The notes beneath the pieces are model-generated. The model did not search any database, had not been told where the DNA came from, and saw nothing but the letters and a program-made list of their open reading frames with translations. Below are positions 44,584 through 54,424 of a stretch of 64,000 nt of DNA, piece after piece. A program made the translations under genes and the position numbers. Every line of letters starts with the position of its first letter. The stretch's first letter is position 1. The stretch comes from Candidatus Rokuibacteriota bacterium (lineage in GTDB: Bacteria > Methylomirabilota > Methylomirabilia > Rokubacteriales > CSP1-6). The DNA is taken from NCBI GenBank assembly GCA_003220225.1, contig QHRU01000064.1, positions 5,966 through 69,965 on the forward strand, given 5' to 3'.

Positions 44584-46545
44584 TCAGAGGTGATGCCGCG
44601 CGACGATGTCCCGCTCCGCCGCGGGATGCAGTTGGCGAAGGATCGTGAGGTGCTTGCGCATTTCCACGACGTCGCCCGTGTCACGATACGCGAGGACGAG
44701 CCCGATGCGCGGCTCCGGCGCGAACGGCTGCTCCTCGGCGGCCCGGCGAAATTCCGTGATGGCTTCGTCGTAGCGCCCGAGTCCCGCGAGGGCGCCGCCG
44801 AGGTTCGCGCGCGCGACGACGTTGCGCTCGTTGAGCGCCACCGCGCGCCGCAGGAACGGCGCCGCCTCGTCGAACCGTCCTTGCTGCGTCAGCGCCATCC
44901 CGAGGTTGTTGAGCGGGCCCGTCTCGGTCGGGAATTTCGCGACCGCCCGCCGCAGCGGGGCCTCGGCGTCGAGGGGACGGTTGAGCTGGAGCAGGGCCAG
45001 GCCGAGGCCGCCGTACGGCTTCTCGCGGTCGGGCTTGAGCGCCAGCGCGCGGAGGAAGTGGCCGATCGCGATCAGCGCGTCGCTCGGGTCCTTGCGCTCG
45101 CGGTTCACGATCGCGGCCCCGTAGTTGTCGTGGCAGATCGAGCACTCCGGCGTGACGAGCATCGCGTGCGTCCAGAGCGACTCGCTATCGCGCCACACCT
45201 GGACCTGGAGCCATGTCAGCGCGGCCAGGGTCGTGAGCAGCACGCCCAGCGCCGCGCAGCTCGCGCGGAAGTGCGGAGGACGCAGCCGGCCGGAGGCGTG
45301 CGCGCCGACGAGCCACGCGACGCCGCCGCCTACGAGTACAGCGAATCCCAGGCACGACAGGTAGCTGTAGCGATCGTGCGCCAGCTGGAAGCCGGCATGC
45401 ACGAGGCCACCGACGGGCGCCAGCATGATCGCGTACCACGCGTAGGCGGCGAGCCCCGCCGGCCACCGAGCGGCGAGCGCCACGAGGGTCACGCTGAGCA
45501 GCATCGTCGCCACCGCGCTGAGCACGAACTCCGGAGCGGAGGGATCTACGCGCACCGGCAGCTCGTACAGCGGCGAGAGATCCGTCGGTAGCACCGTCTT
45601 CGAGACGTAGAAGACCATGCTGTAGAACGCCATCGCGATGCGCGACGGCAACGGGTACTTCGTCCCCGGCGTGAAGTAGTCGTGGTGGGCCACCGCCCAG
45701 TACGACACGGCCGCACCCGCGACGGCGACGGCGACGAACGGCAGCTTCTCGAGCAGCGCGCGCCGCGTCTCGGGGCCGCGCCACGTCGACGGGACGGGCG
45801 ACAGGCGGCGCAGCGGATACCAGTCGAGGACGATCAACAGCAGCGGCAGCGTCATCACGATCGACTTGGCCAGCATCGACAGCGCGAAGGCGACGATCGA
45901 CACCGTCAGCAGCCGCCACCGGCCTGCGCTCTCGGCGCTGGCCGCGCGCAGATACGTCAGCACGCAGGTCAGGAAGAGCAGGGCCGAGAGGACGTCGCGC
46001 CGCTCGGTCGCCCACGCCACCGACTCCGCCCGCAGCGGGTGGATGGCGAAGAACAGGGCAGCCACGGCGGCCCCCGCGCGTAGCGCCATCTCGCTCGTGT
46101 CCGGCCGCGCGGCCGCGAGGAGGCGCCGAGCCAGCCAATAGACGAGCACCGCGTTCGCGGCGTGGAGCACGAGGTTCGTGAAATGGTAGCCCGCGGGCTG
46201 CATGCCCCAGAGCACGTAGTCGAGACCGAAGCTCAGCCACGTGACGGGAATGTAGTGGCCCATGAGCGTCGTCGTGAGCATCCAGGCGAGGTGGCGCGGA
46301 GCGAGACCCCGGAAGTGGGGATTCTCGACGAGGTTCACCTGGTCGTCCCACTGCACGAACTCGTTGCGCAACCCGACCGCGAACACCGCGACGACGGCCA
46401 GCACGATGGCCAGGGGAAGGATGCGCTCCGGGAGCGCGAGCGTCGTCAGGCGAGCGCGGAGGGCTAGCGCAAATGCGGCTCGGCGCGTGCCGCCGGTCAG
46501 CGGCGTGGCCGAGGTCGTCTCGTCGAACACCGTCGGTGTGGACAT
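44584..46545 (-). CDS. GT-C fold membrane glycosyltransferase-like protein (PMT_2/TMTC-like) fused to C-terminal TPR repeats
   Basis: 653 aa. The first loop ...GLRNEFVQWDDQVNLVENPHF... carries the DD/DE motif position typical of TMTC/PMT-type enzymes. About 10 or more TM segments, then TPR repeats (...LGMALTQQGRFDEAAPFLRRAVALN...). Family assignment is by eye only. Confidence 0.75.
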   Translation of the reverse strand: MSTPTVFDETTSATPLTGGTRRAAFALALRARLTTLALPERILPLAIVLAVVAVFAVGLRNEFVQWDDQVNLVENPHFRGLAPRHLAWMLTTTLMGHYIPVTWLSFGLDYVLWGMQPAGYHFTNLVLHAANAVLVYWLARRLLAAARPDTSEMALRAGAAVAALFFAIHPLRAESVAWATERRDVLSALLFLTCVLTYLRAASAESAGRWRLLTVSIVAFALSMLAKSIVMTLPLLLIVLDWYPLRRLSPVPSTWRGPETRRALLEKLPFVAVAVAGAAVSYWAVAHHDYFTPGTKYPLPSRIAMAFYSMVFYVSKTVLPTDLSPLYELPVRVDPSAPEFVLSAVATMLLSVTLVALAARWPAGLAAYAWYAIMLAPVGGLVHAGFQLAHDRYSYLSCLGFAVLVGGGVAWLVGAHASGRLRPPHFRASCAALGVLLTTLAALTWLQVQVWRDSESLWTHAMLVTPECSICHDNYGAAIVNRERKDPSDALIAIGHFLRALALKPDREKPYGGLGLALLQLNRPLDAEAPLRRAVAKFPTETGPLNNLGMALTQQGRFDEAAPFLRRAVALNERNVVARANLGGALAGLGRYDEAITEFRRAAEEQPFAPEPRIGLVLAYRDTGDVVEMRKHLTILRQLHPAAERDIVARHHL

Positions 46546-46557
46546 GAGTTTAAATAC

Positions 46558-46589
46558 GAAGGGAGGAGGCCCGAGGACCTCCTCCCTTC
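46558..46589 (-). terminator. 12-bp-stem hairpin between pilA (copy 1) and the GT-C gene (terminator/attenuator candidate)
   Basis: Minus strand: GAAGGGAGGAGG-TCCTCGGG-CCTCCTCCCTTC followed by GTATTTAAACTC, then ATG 46545. A second small palindrome GCCGGC-TT-GCCGGC lies at 46601-46614. Confidence 0.5.
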
Positions 46590-46628
46590 ATGAGGTCAGC
46601 GCCGGCAAGCCGGCGGAGCCCAGCGGCG

Positions 46629-47042
46629 TTAGGGCAAGCTGACCGTCGTCGAGTCGCCGCTGCTGCTGATGGTGAACACGCCCGTTGCGGTGTTCGCCGC
46701 GTACGTGTACGCCGCCCAGCCCGACGGCGGGTTCGGGACGGAGGCCATGAACGGACCGGCGACCTGGTTCTGACCGTTGGTCACCTGTTGCGTCAGGGCC
46801 GTGAGGCCAGCGGCGCCGCTGGGCGGCACAACACCCATGTGGGCGCCGTAGATCGAGGCAGCCGAGGCGAGCGCGCGGGCGTCGGCCTGGGCCTTGGCGA
46901 TGCGAGCGCGCTGCTGCACGTTGGCATACAGCGGGATGGCGATCGCGGCGAGAATGCCGATGATCGCCACGACGATCAGGAGCTCGATCAGCGTGAAACC
47001 GCGCTGACCGCCCAGCGTGAGGCGTTTACGGAACATGCTCAT
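46629..47042 (-). CDS. pilA: Type IVa major pilin PilA, paralogue 1 (137 aa, 15-aa leader)
   Basis: [15 protein letters not shown]|[37 protein letters not shown]... SD AAGGGGG upstream. No Cys. Ser/Thr-rich C-terminus ...[14 protein letters not shown]. Confidence 0.93.
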   Translation of the reverse strand: MSMFRKRLTLGGQRGFTLIELLIVVAIIGILAAIAIPLYANVQQRARIAKAQADARALASAASIYGAHMGVVPPSGAAGLTALTQQVTNGQNQVAGPFMASVPNPPSGWAAYTYAANTATGVFTISSSGDSTTVSLP

Positions 47043-47105
47043 GTCTGCCCCCTTGAGGTAGTTCGCGCAGTTCGCGCGATTTGCGATGTCTGGTAGGAAA
47101 CAGGT

Positions 47106-47121
47106 TGCACACTGGATGCCA
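47106..47121 (-). promoter_or_regulatory. Candidate sigma-54 promoter of pilA paralogue 1
   Basis: Minus strand: TGGCATCCAGTGTGCA has GG-N10-GC in the correct register versus TGGCAC-N5-TTGCW. Lies about 64 nt upstream of ATG 47042. The sigma-54 activator gene pilR is adjacent. Confidence 0.55.
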
Positions 47122-47259
47122 GGCCAGGATCGTTTTTCAGCACCAATTATTTCATAAGGTTAGGAGACATTCTCAGACCCCCGGCGCAACATCGTCAGTC
47201 ACTTACTGGCGCTCGGATGACAATTTACGTCACCGCCGAAGGCCGCCGTCGGCCAGGAC

Positions 47260-47293
47260 AAAAAAATCGGGGGAGGCGAAGGCCGCCTCCCCC
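47260..47293 (-). terminator. Rho-independent terminator after pilA paralogue 2
   Basis: Minus strand: GGGGGAGGC-GGCCTTC-GCCTCCCCC followed by GATTTTTTTG. Starts 30 nt after the stop at 47324. Confidence 0.8.
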
Positions 47294-47323
47294 CTGGTTC
47301 CACGAAACGGATTCGGACGGGCG

Positions 47324-47743
47324 TTACGGAAGCGAAACGGTCGTGCTGTCGCCGTCGGCGCTGATGGTGAACACGCCCGTCGCGGTGTTCGACGCGTACG
47401 TGTACGCCGACCAGCCCGACGGCGGGTTCGGGACGGAGGCCATGAACGGACCGGCGACCTGGTTCTGACCGTTGGTCACCTGTTGCGTCAGGGCCGTGAG
47501 GCCAGCGGCGCCGCTGGGCGGCACAACACCCATGTGGGCACCGTAGATCGAGGCGGCCGAGGCGAGCGCGCGGGCGTCGGCCTGGGCCTTGGCGATGCGA
47601 GCGCGCTGCTGCACGTTGGCGTACAGCGGGATGGCGATCGCGGCGAGAATGCCGATGATCGCTACGACGATCAGGAGCTCGATCAGCGTGAAGCCGCGCT
47701 GACCGGCCAGCGTGGCCCGTTTCTTGTTCCAGAACTTGAGCAT
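47324..47743 (-). CDS. pilA: Type IVa major pilin PilA, paralogue 2 (139 aa, 17-aa leader)
   Basis: MLKFWNKKRATLAGQRG|[29 protein letters not shown]... The mature part differs from paralogue 1 at 4 positions (WSAYTYASN, SADG). Confidence 0.93.
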   Translation of the reverse strand: MLKFWNKKRATLAGQRGFTLIELLIVVAIIGILAAIAIPLYANVQQRARIAKAQADARALASAASIYGAHMGVVPPSGAAGLTALTQQVTNGQNQVAGPFMASVPNPPSGWSAYTYASNTATGVFTISADGDSTTVSLP

Positions 47744-47791
47744 GACGTCCCCCTTGGTTTTCGGTACTTGATGCCTGCAGGCCGGGAAAAG

Positions 47792-47807
47792 AGCAGGAAG
47801 TGTGCCG
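47792..47807 (-). promoter_or_regulatory. Candidate sigma-54 promoter of pilA paralogue 2
   Basis: Minus strand: CGGCACACTTCCTGCT (GGCAC-N6-TGC in the correct register), about 50 nt upstream of ATG 47743. Confidence 0.4.
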
Positions 47808-47905
47808 CATCATCGCAACGTCTACATATACTGTCGAATCAAATAGTTATGATTCAAAAAAAGCGGTCGGACCGACAGTAACCGGCTACAAACTGGCCAA
47901 TTTCG

Positions 47906-49304
<1,399 letters not shown>

Positions 49305-49312
<8 letters not shown>

Positions 49313-50924
49313 GGATCGCGGGGAAGCGGAGGGTGAAGACGCTGCCGGCGCCCGGCGCCGACTCGACGTGAACTTCGCCGCCGTGCTCCTGCATGATCCG
49401 GTGAACGAGAGCGAGGCCGAGCCCGCTGCCGTCGGGCTTCGTGGAGAAGAAGGGCTCGAAGACGTGACCGAGGTCGTCACGCGCGATGCCCTCGCCGGTG
49501 TCGGCCACGCGCACCTCGAGCCGGCCACCGACCACTCCCGCCGTCACCCGCAGCTCGCCGCCGTCCGGCATGGCCTCGACGGCGTTGAGGCACAGGTTCC
49601 ACACGGCCTGACGGAATTGTTGCGCGTCCGCCACCCACTCGAGGCTCGGGGGAAACTCGCGGGCGATCTTCAGCGTGCCGGCCGCCGCGCGGTGCTCGAG
49701 CAGCACCAGCACCTCGTCGATCGGCTCGACGAGGTTGACGCGCGCCCGCACCAGCGGCGCCGGCCGCGCGTACTCGAGGAAGTCGCGCAAGATGTCGTTG
49801 AGGCGACCGGATTCCTTGAGGACGATCTGCGCGAGCCGCTCGCGCACCTCGCCGGCCGTCCCGCTGCTCGCGAGGACCTCGATGGCGCCCGTGAGCGAGG
49901 CGAGCGGGTTGCGGATCTCGTGCGCGATGTTCGCCGACATGCGGCCGAGCGTCGCGAGGCGATCGGCCTGGCGCAGGCGCTCCTCCATCACCCGCACCGC
50001 CGTGAGGTCCTCGCACGCGCAGATCACGCCGAGCTGCTCGTCCTCATCCCCGGCCCTGAGGGTCCAGAAGGTGAGCCGCACGGGCACGGTGCTCCCGCCG
50101 GGGCGGGACAGCACGGCCTCATGACGGCTCGGGGCGTCGGGCTCGGCCGCCAGGTCGGCCTCGATGGCGGGCAGCGACACGAGGTCACCGAACAGCGCGT
50201 GCCACGGCCGGCCCATCGCCGCCGCCTCCGGAACGCCGGTGATCGTCGTCGCCGCGCGGTTGAACGTGGTGATCGTGTGCGACCGGTCGAGGGCGATCAG
50301 TCCCGTGCCCACCGACTCGAACACGAGGTCCTTGATGGCGCGCAGGTCGCGCAGCGTGCGGCTCTGGATCTGGAACCGCTCGGCGAGGCCGCCGGCGACG
50401 ATGGCGACGACGAGGAAGGTCCCCGCGTTGGCGAACATCGTGACGATCTCGAGCGCCGTCGTCTCCTGCGGCGCCTCGAACAGCGAGGTGAGGGGAAACA
50501 CGGTGCGCCCGAAGACGAGCCCGGTGTAGAGCACGGACGCGGCCGCCGCGATGGTGAGGCCGCCCGTGCGCGAGAGCGTCACGCACGACGCCGTCACCAG
50601 CATCACGTAGAGGAAGGTGAAGATCGAGCGCGGGCCGCCGGTGGCGGCCACCACCCCGGTGACGAGGGCCACGTCGAGGAGGGCGATGAGCCACGCGATC
50701 CGCCGCGGGCGCGCGAGCGGCGGACCGAACAGGAGACCGCCGGAGGAGGTGGCCACCGTGAGGAGCGCCAGCGCGAGGACGCCGTGGTTGATGCCGGGCG
50801 TCATCTCCGTGGGCAGGAGGATGCCCAGCGGGAGCAGGAGCGCGGCCACGCCCAGCCGCGCCCAGAACACGCCCCGCAACAGCCGCTGGCCGTCGACGGA
50901 CGTCATCGAACGGTCGGCGGTCAC
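49305..50924 (-). CDS. pilS: Sensor histidine kinase PilS
   Basis: GTG 50924 (GTGA overlap with the pilC stop) or ATG 50906. About 6 N-terminal TM segments, PAS-like region, HisKA (...LGRMSANIAHEIRNPL...) and HATPase_c (...VADTGEGI...GSGLGLAL...). Confidence 0.88.
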
Positions 50925-52138
50925 TTGACGAGCGTCACCATCTTGAAGATGGGGAGGTACATGGCCACCACGATGCCGCCCACGACCACGCCGAGGAAGA
51001 CGATCATCATCGGCTCGAGCAACGAGGTGAGCGCGGTAACCGCGGCGTCGACCTCGTCGTCGTAGAAGTCGGCGATCTTGCTGAGCATGGCGTCGAGGGC
51101 GCCCGTGTTCTCGCCGACCGAGATCATGTGCACGACCATCGGGGGAAAGACCGGCGTCGCCTTCAGCGGCTCGGACAGCGTGCCGCCCGCCGTGACGTGC
51201 TGGCGCGCCTGCATCACGGCCTTCTCGACGACGCGGTTGCCCGCCGAGCGCGCGGTGATGAGCAGGCCTTCGAGGATGGGGACACCGGAAGAGATCAGGG
51301 TGCCGAGCGTGCGCGTGAAGCGCGCCACGGCCACCTTGCGGATCAGCATGCCGATGACCGGCACCTTCAGCGCGAAGGTGTCGATCAGCATGCTGCCCTG
51401 GTCCGTGCCGTAGTAGCGCTTGATGGCGTAGAAGGCGGCCGCGACGCCCGCGAGCATGAAGATGACGTACTTGCGCGTCATGTCCGACATCCACATGACG
51501 ATCTTGGTCGGCAGCGGCAGCTCGGCGCCCATGTTCTTGAACATGTTCGCGAAGGTCGGCAGCACGAAGATCATCATGAAGATGATGACGAGGCACGCCA
51601 CGCCGATGATCGTGACCGGATAGACCATGGCGCTCTTGACCTTGGCCTTCAGCTTGGCCGCTTTCTCGATGTAACCGGACAACCGCTGGAGGACGACGTC
51701 GAGCACGCCGCCGGACTCGCCGACGGCCAGCATGTTCGTGAACAGATGGTCGAAGGTCTTCGGGTACTTGCCGAACGACTCCGCGAGCGTCGCGCCGCCC
51801 TGGACGTCCGCGGCGATGCGCGCCGTCACGTCGCGCAGCGTTTTGGAGTCGTTCTGCTCGGAGAGGATCTGCAGGCACTGCGCGATCGGCAGGCCGGCGT
51901 CGACCATGGTCGAGAATTGCCGGGTGTAGATCGCGAGGTCCTTGTCCTTGACGCTGCCCCCGAACTTCTTCGGCGCCGCCGCGGCGGCGGCCTTGACCGC
52001 CTTCTCCTGCACCGACGTCGCGATGACGCCCTTGGCCCGCAGCGCGGTGACGGCGGCCGGGCGGCTGTCCGCCTCGATCTCACCCGTCACGGCGCCGCCG
52101 CCCGCGCGTCCCCTGTACGCGAACACAGCCATAAACAC
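50921..52138 (-). CDS. pilC: Type IV pilus platform protein PilC (GspF family)
   Basis: 405 aa with two GspF repeats (...FTRQFSTMVDAGLPIAQCL... and ...FTRTLGTLISSGVPILEGL...) and three TM segments. Confidence 0.93.
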   Translation of the reverse strand: MFMAVFAYRGRAGGGAVTGEIEADSRPAAVTALRAKGVIATSVQEKAVKAAAAAAPKKFGGSVKDKDLAIYTRQFSTMVDAGLPIAQCLQILSEQNDSKTLRDVTARIAADVQGGATLAESFGKYPKTFDHLFTNMLAVGESGGVLDVVLQRLSGYIEKAAKLKAKVKSAMVYPVTIIGVACLVIIFMMIFVLPTFANMFKNMGAELPLPTKIVMWMSDMTRKYVIFMLAGVAAAFYAIKRYYGTDQGSMLIDTFALKVPVIGMLIRKVAVARFTRTLGTLISSGVPILEGLLITARSAGNRVVEKAVMQARQHVTAGGTLSEPLKATPVFPPMVVHMISVGENTGALDAMLSKIADFYDDEVDAAVTALTSLLEPMMIVFLGVVVGGIVVAMYLPIFKMVTLVK

Positions 52139-52147
52139 TTCCTCCTG

Positions 52148-53878
52148 CTAGGACAACGTAACGCGCAACACTTCTTCGATCGTCGTGGTCCCCTCGATCA
52201 CCTTCATCAACCCGGACTGGCGGAGGGTCTTCATCCCGTCCTTCTGCGCCTGTTCCCGGATGTCCGCGGTCGCGGCGTTCTTCAGGATCATGTCACGAAG
52301 TGGCTCGGTGACGGGCATCACTTCATAGATGGCCACCCGGCCCTTCATGCCCGTGAAGTTGCAGGTGGCGCAGCCCTTGCCGCGATAAAACGTCACCTTC
52401 TCGCGCCCCTGCGGCACATGGCCGTAGGGCACCAGGTCCTCTTCCTTGCCCTCCATCGGCTGCTTGCACTCCTTGCAGATCCGTCGGCCCAGCCGCTGCG
52501 CGAGGATCAGCAGCAGCGCCGAGGAGAGCAGGAACGGCTGGATGCCCATGTCGAACAGCCGCGCCACCGTCGACGGGCAGTCGTTCGTGTGCAGCGTCGT
52601 GAAGACCAGGTGGCCCGTGAGGGCGGCGCGGATGGAGATCTGCGCGGTCTCGAGGTCGCGCGTCTCACCGACGAGGATCACGTCCGGGTCCTGGCGCAGG
52701 AAGGATCGCAGGACGGCGGCGAACGTGCGGCCCACCCCCTCGTTGACCTGGACCTGGTTGACGCCCTTGAGGTTGTACTCGACGGGGTCCTCGGCCGTCA
52801 TGATGTTGTGCTCGGGCGAGTTGATCGTCGCGATCGCCGAGTAGAGCGTGGTCGTCTTGCCCGAGCCGGTCGGTCCCGTGATCAACACCATGCCGTACGG
52901 CTGGTGGATCGCGTGGCTGAACTTCTCGAAGCTCCACGGATCGAAGCCGAGCTTGGTAAGGTCGAGCTGCAGCGACTCCTTGTCGAGGATTCGGAGGACG
53001 GCCTTCTCGCCGAAGATCGTCGGCAGGACCGACACGCGAAAATCGATCTCGCGATGGCCGAAGCGCAGCTTGATGCGGCCGTCCTGAGGCACGCGGCGCT
53101 CGGAGATGTCGAGGTTCGACATGATCTTCAGCCGCGAGATGATCGCGGGCTCCAGCCGCTTCGGCGGCGAGAGCATCTCGTGCAGCACGCCGTCGATGCG
53201 GAATCGGATGCGGAAGTGCTTCTCGTACGGCTCCCAGTGCAGGTCGGAGGCGCCCTTGCGGATCGCGTCGACGAGCACCATGTTCACGAGCTTGACGACG
53301 GGAGCCTCGTCGGCGGACTCCTTGAGCTCGAAGACGTCGACGCCCGCGCCTTCGGCCTCGCCCTCGAGCACCTCGACGTTCGCGTCGGCGGTGATCTCCG
53401 TCATCATCTCGATCATCGACGCCTGCCCGGCCTCGTAGTGCTTCTCGATCGCCTTGCGGATCGCCGCCTGCGGCGCCACCACCGGCAGGATCTGCAGGCT
53501 CGTCATGAAGGCGACGTCGTCGAGCGCGAACACGTTCGTTGGGTCGGCCATCGCCAGCGTGAGGGTGCCGCCGATGCGCTTGACCGGGAGGACCTCGTAC
53601 TTGCGGGCGATCGGCGCGGGAACGAGGCGCAGCGTCTCCGCGTCGACGTCGATGTTGCTCAGCGTGATGGAGGGGATGCCGTACTGCCGCGAGAGGAAGC
53701 CGATCAGCTGCTCCTCGGTGATGAAGCCGAGGCGCGCAAGGATCGAGCCGAGCTTTTCGGTCTTGCCCTTCTGCTCGGCGAGGGCTTGCCTGAGTTGAGC
53801 CTCGGTGATCAGTCCCTCGGCGACCAGGAGGTCCCCGAGGCGCCGGGTCTGGGGCTGGCCGAGTTTTCCGTGCGCCAT
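52148..53878 (-). CDS. pilB: Type IV pilus assembly ATPase PilB (GspE family with N-terminal T2SE_N/MshEN domain)
   Basis: ...LGDLLVAEGLITEAQLRQALAEQ... is the N-domain. ...VLITGPTGSGKTTTLY Walker A, ...ILVGETRD Walker B region, and the CxxC...CxxC tetracysteine motif (CKEC...CATC). Confidence 0.93.
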   Translation of the reverse strand: MAHGKLGQPQTRRLGDLLVAEGLITEAQLRQALAEQKGKTEKLGSILARLGFITEEQLIGFLSRQYGIPSITLSNIDVDAETLRLVPAPIARKYEVLPVKRIGGTLTLAMADPTNVFALDDVAFMTSLQILPVVAPQAAIRKAIEKHYEAGQASMIEMMTEITADANVEVLEGEAEGAGVDVFELKESADEAPVVKLVNMVLVDAIRKGASDLHWEPYEKHFRIRFRIDGVLHEMLSPPKRLEPAIISRLKIMSNLDISERRVPQDGRIKLRFGHREIDFRVSVLPTIFGEKAVLRILDKESLQLDLTKLGFDPWSFEKFSHAIHQPYGMVLITGPTGSGKTTTLYSAIATINSPEHNIMTAEDPVEYNLKGVNQVQVNEGVGRTFAAVLRSFLRQDPDVILVGETRDLETAQISIRAALTGHLVFTTLHTNDCPSTVARLFDMGIQPFLLSSALLLILAQRLGRRICKECKQPMEGKEEDLVPYGHVPQGREKVTFYRGKGCATCNFTGMKGRVAIYEVMPVTEPLRDMILKNAATADIREQAQKDGMKTLRQSGLMKVIEGTTTIEEVLRVTLS

Positions 53879-53887
53879 CTAGATCTT

Positions 53888-54424
53888 TTACTGTATCCCA
53901 CCCACGCGCTTCAACGTGTCGGTAAAGGCACGGTACGCGTCGTCCAGGTACAGGACGAAAACGACACGTTTCAACGCGGTCTTACCTCCCTTCAGGTGGG
54001 CTGCGACGGCCTCCATCATGGCGTCGGCGGCGGCCCCCGGCGCCACGTGGCCGAGCCCGGTGCCGAGGGCCGGCAGGGCGATCGACGTCAGTCGATGTTT
54101 GTCGGCCACGGCCAGCACGGCACGCGTCGCCCGGGCGATGACCTCGGCGTCGGTCTTGAGGTCAGGTCCCATCACCACGGCGTGGATGACGTGGGTCGCT
54201 TGCAAGTTTCCGCCCGGCGTCAGCAGCGCCTCACCCACCTCGACGGGGCCCTGGCGCATCGCCTCTTCCTCGATGATGACGCCGCCCTTGCGCTTGATGG
54301 CGGCGGCCACGCCCGTCGTCATGGTGAGCGCGGTGTTGGCCGGGTTCACGAGCGCGTCGACCTCGCGGTCGGTGATGTCGCCGCGCTCGACCGCGATCGA
54401 CGCGCTCCCGACTTTCGCCTTCAT
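53888..54424 (-). CDS. Macro domain protein (ADP-ribose-binding / O-acetyl-ADP-ribose deacetylase-like)
   Basis: ATG 54424 (ATGA overlap with mazG). ...ERGDITDREVDALVNPANTAL...GVAAAIKRKGG...VIHAVV...IALPALGTGLG... is a macro-domain pattern. Confidence 0.85.
   Translation of the reverse strand: MKAKVGSASIAVERGDITDREVDALVNPANTALTMTTGVAAAIKRKGGVIIEEEAMRQGPVEVGEALLTPGGNLQATHVIHAVVMGPDLKTDAEVIARATRAVLAVADKHRLTSIALPALGTGLGHVAPGAAADAMMEAVAAHLKGGKTALKRVVFVLYLDDAYRAFTDTLKRVGGIQ

Larger units (their letters stand above)
46629..47743 (-). repeat. Tandem duplication of the pilin gene (period 695 bp)
   Basis: About 46671-47010 and 47366-47705 are nearly identical at the DNA level. The leader-encoding 5' ends and the last ~14 codons differ. 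Confidence 0.9.

Noticed and set aside
47855-47877. Intrinsic terminator after pilR (T7 run on the minus strand preceded by GTCGGTCCGAC).
   Set aside because: The T-run is convincing, but the palindrome leaves a 1-nt loop, and the alternative CGG/CCG stem is only 3 bp. It is too weak to call as a feature and may still act as a weak terminator.
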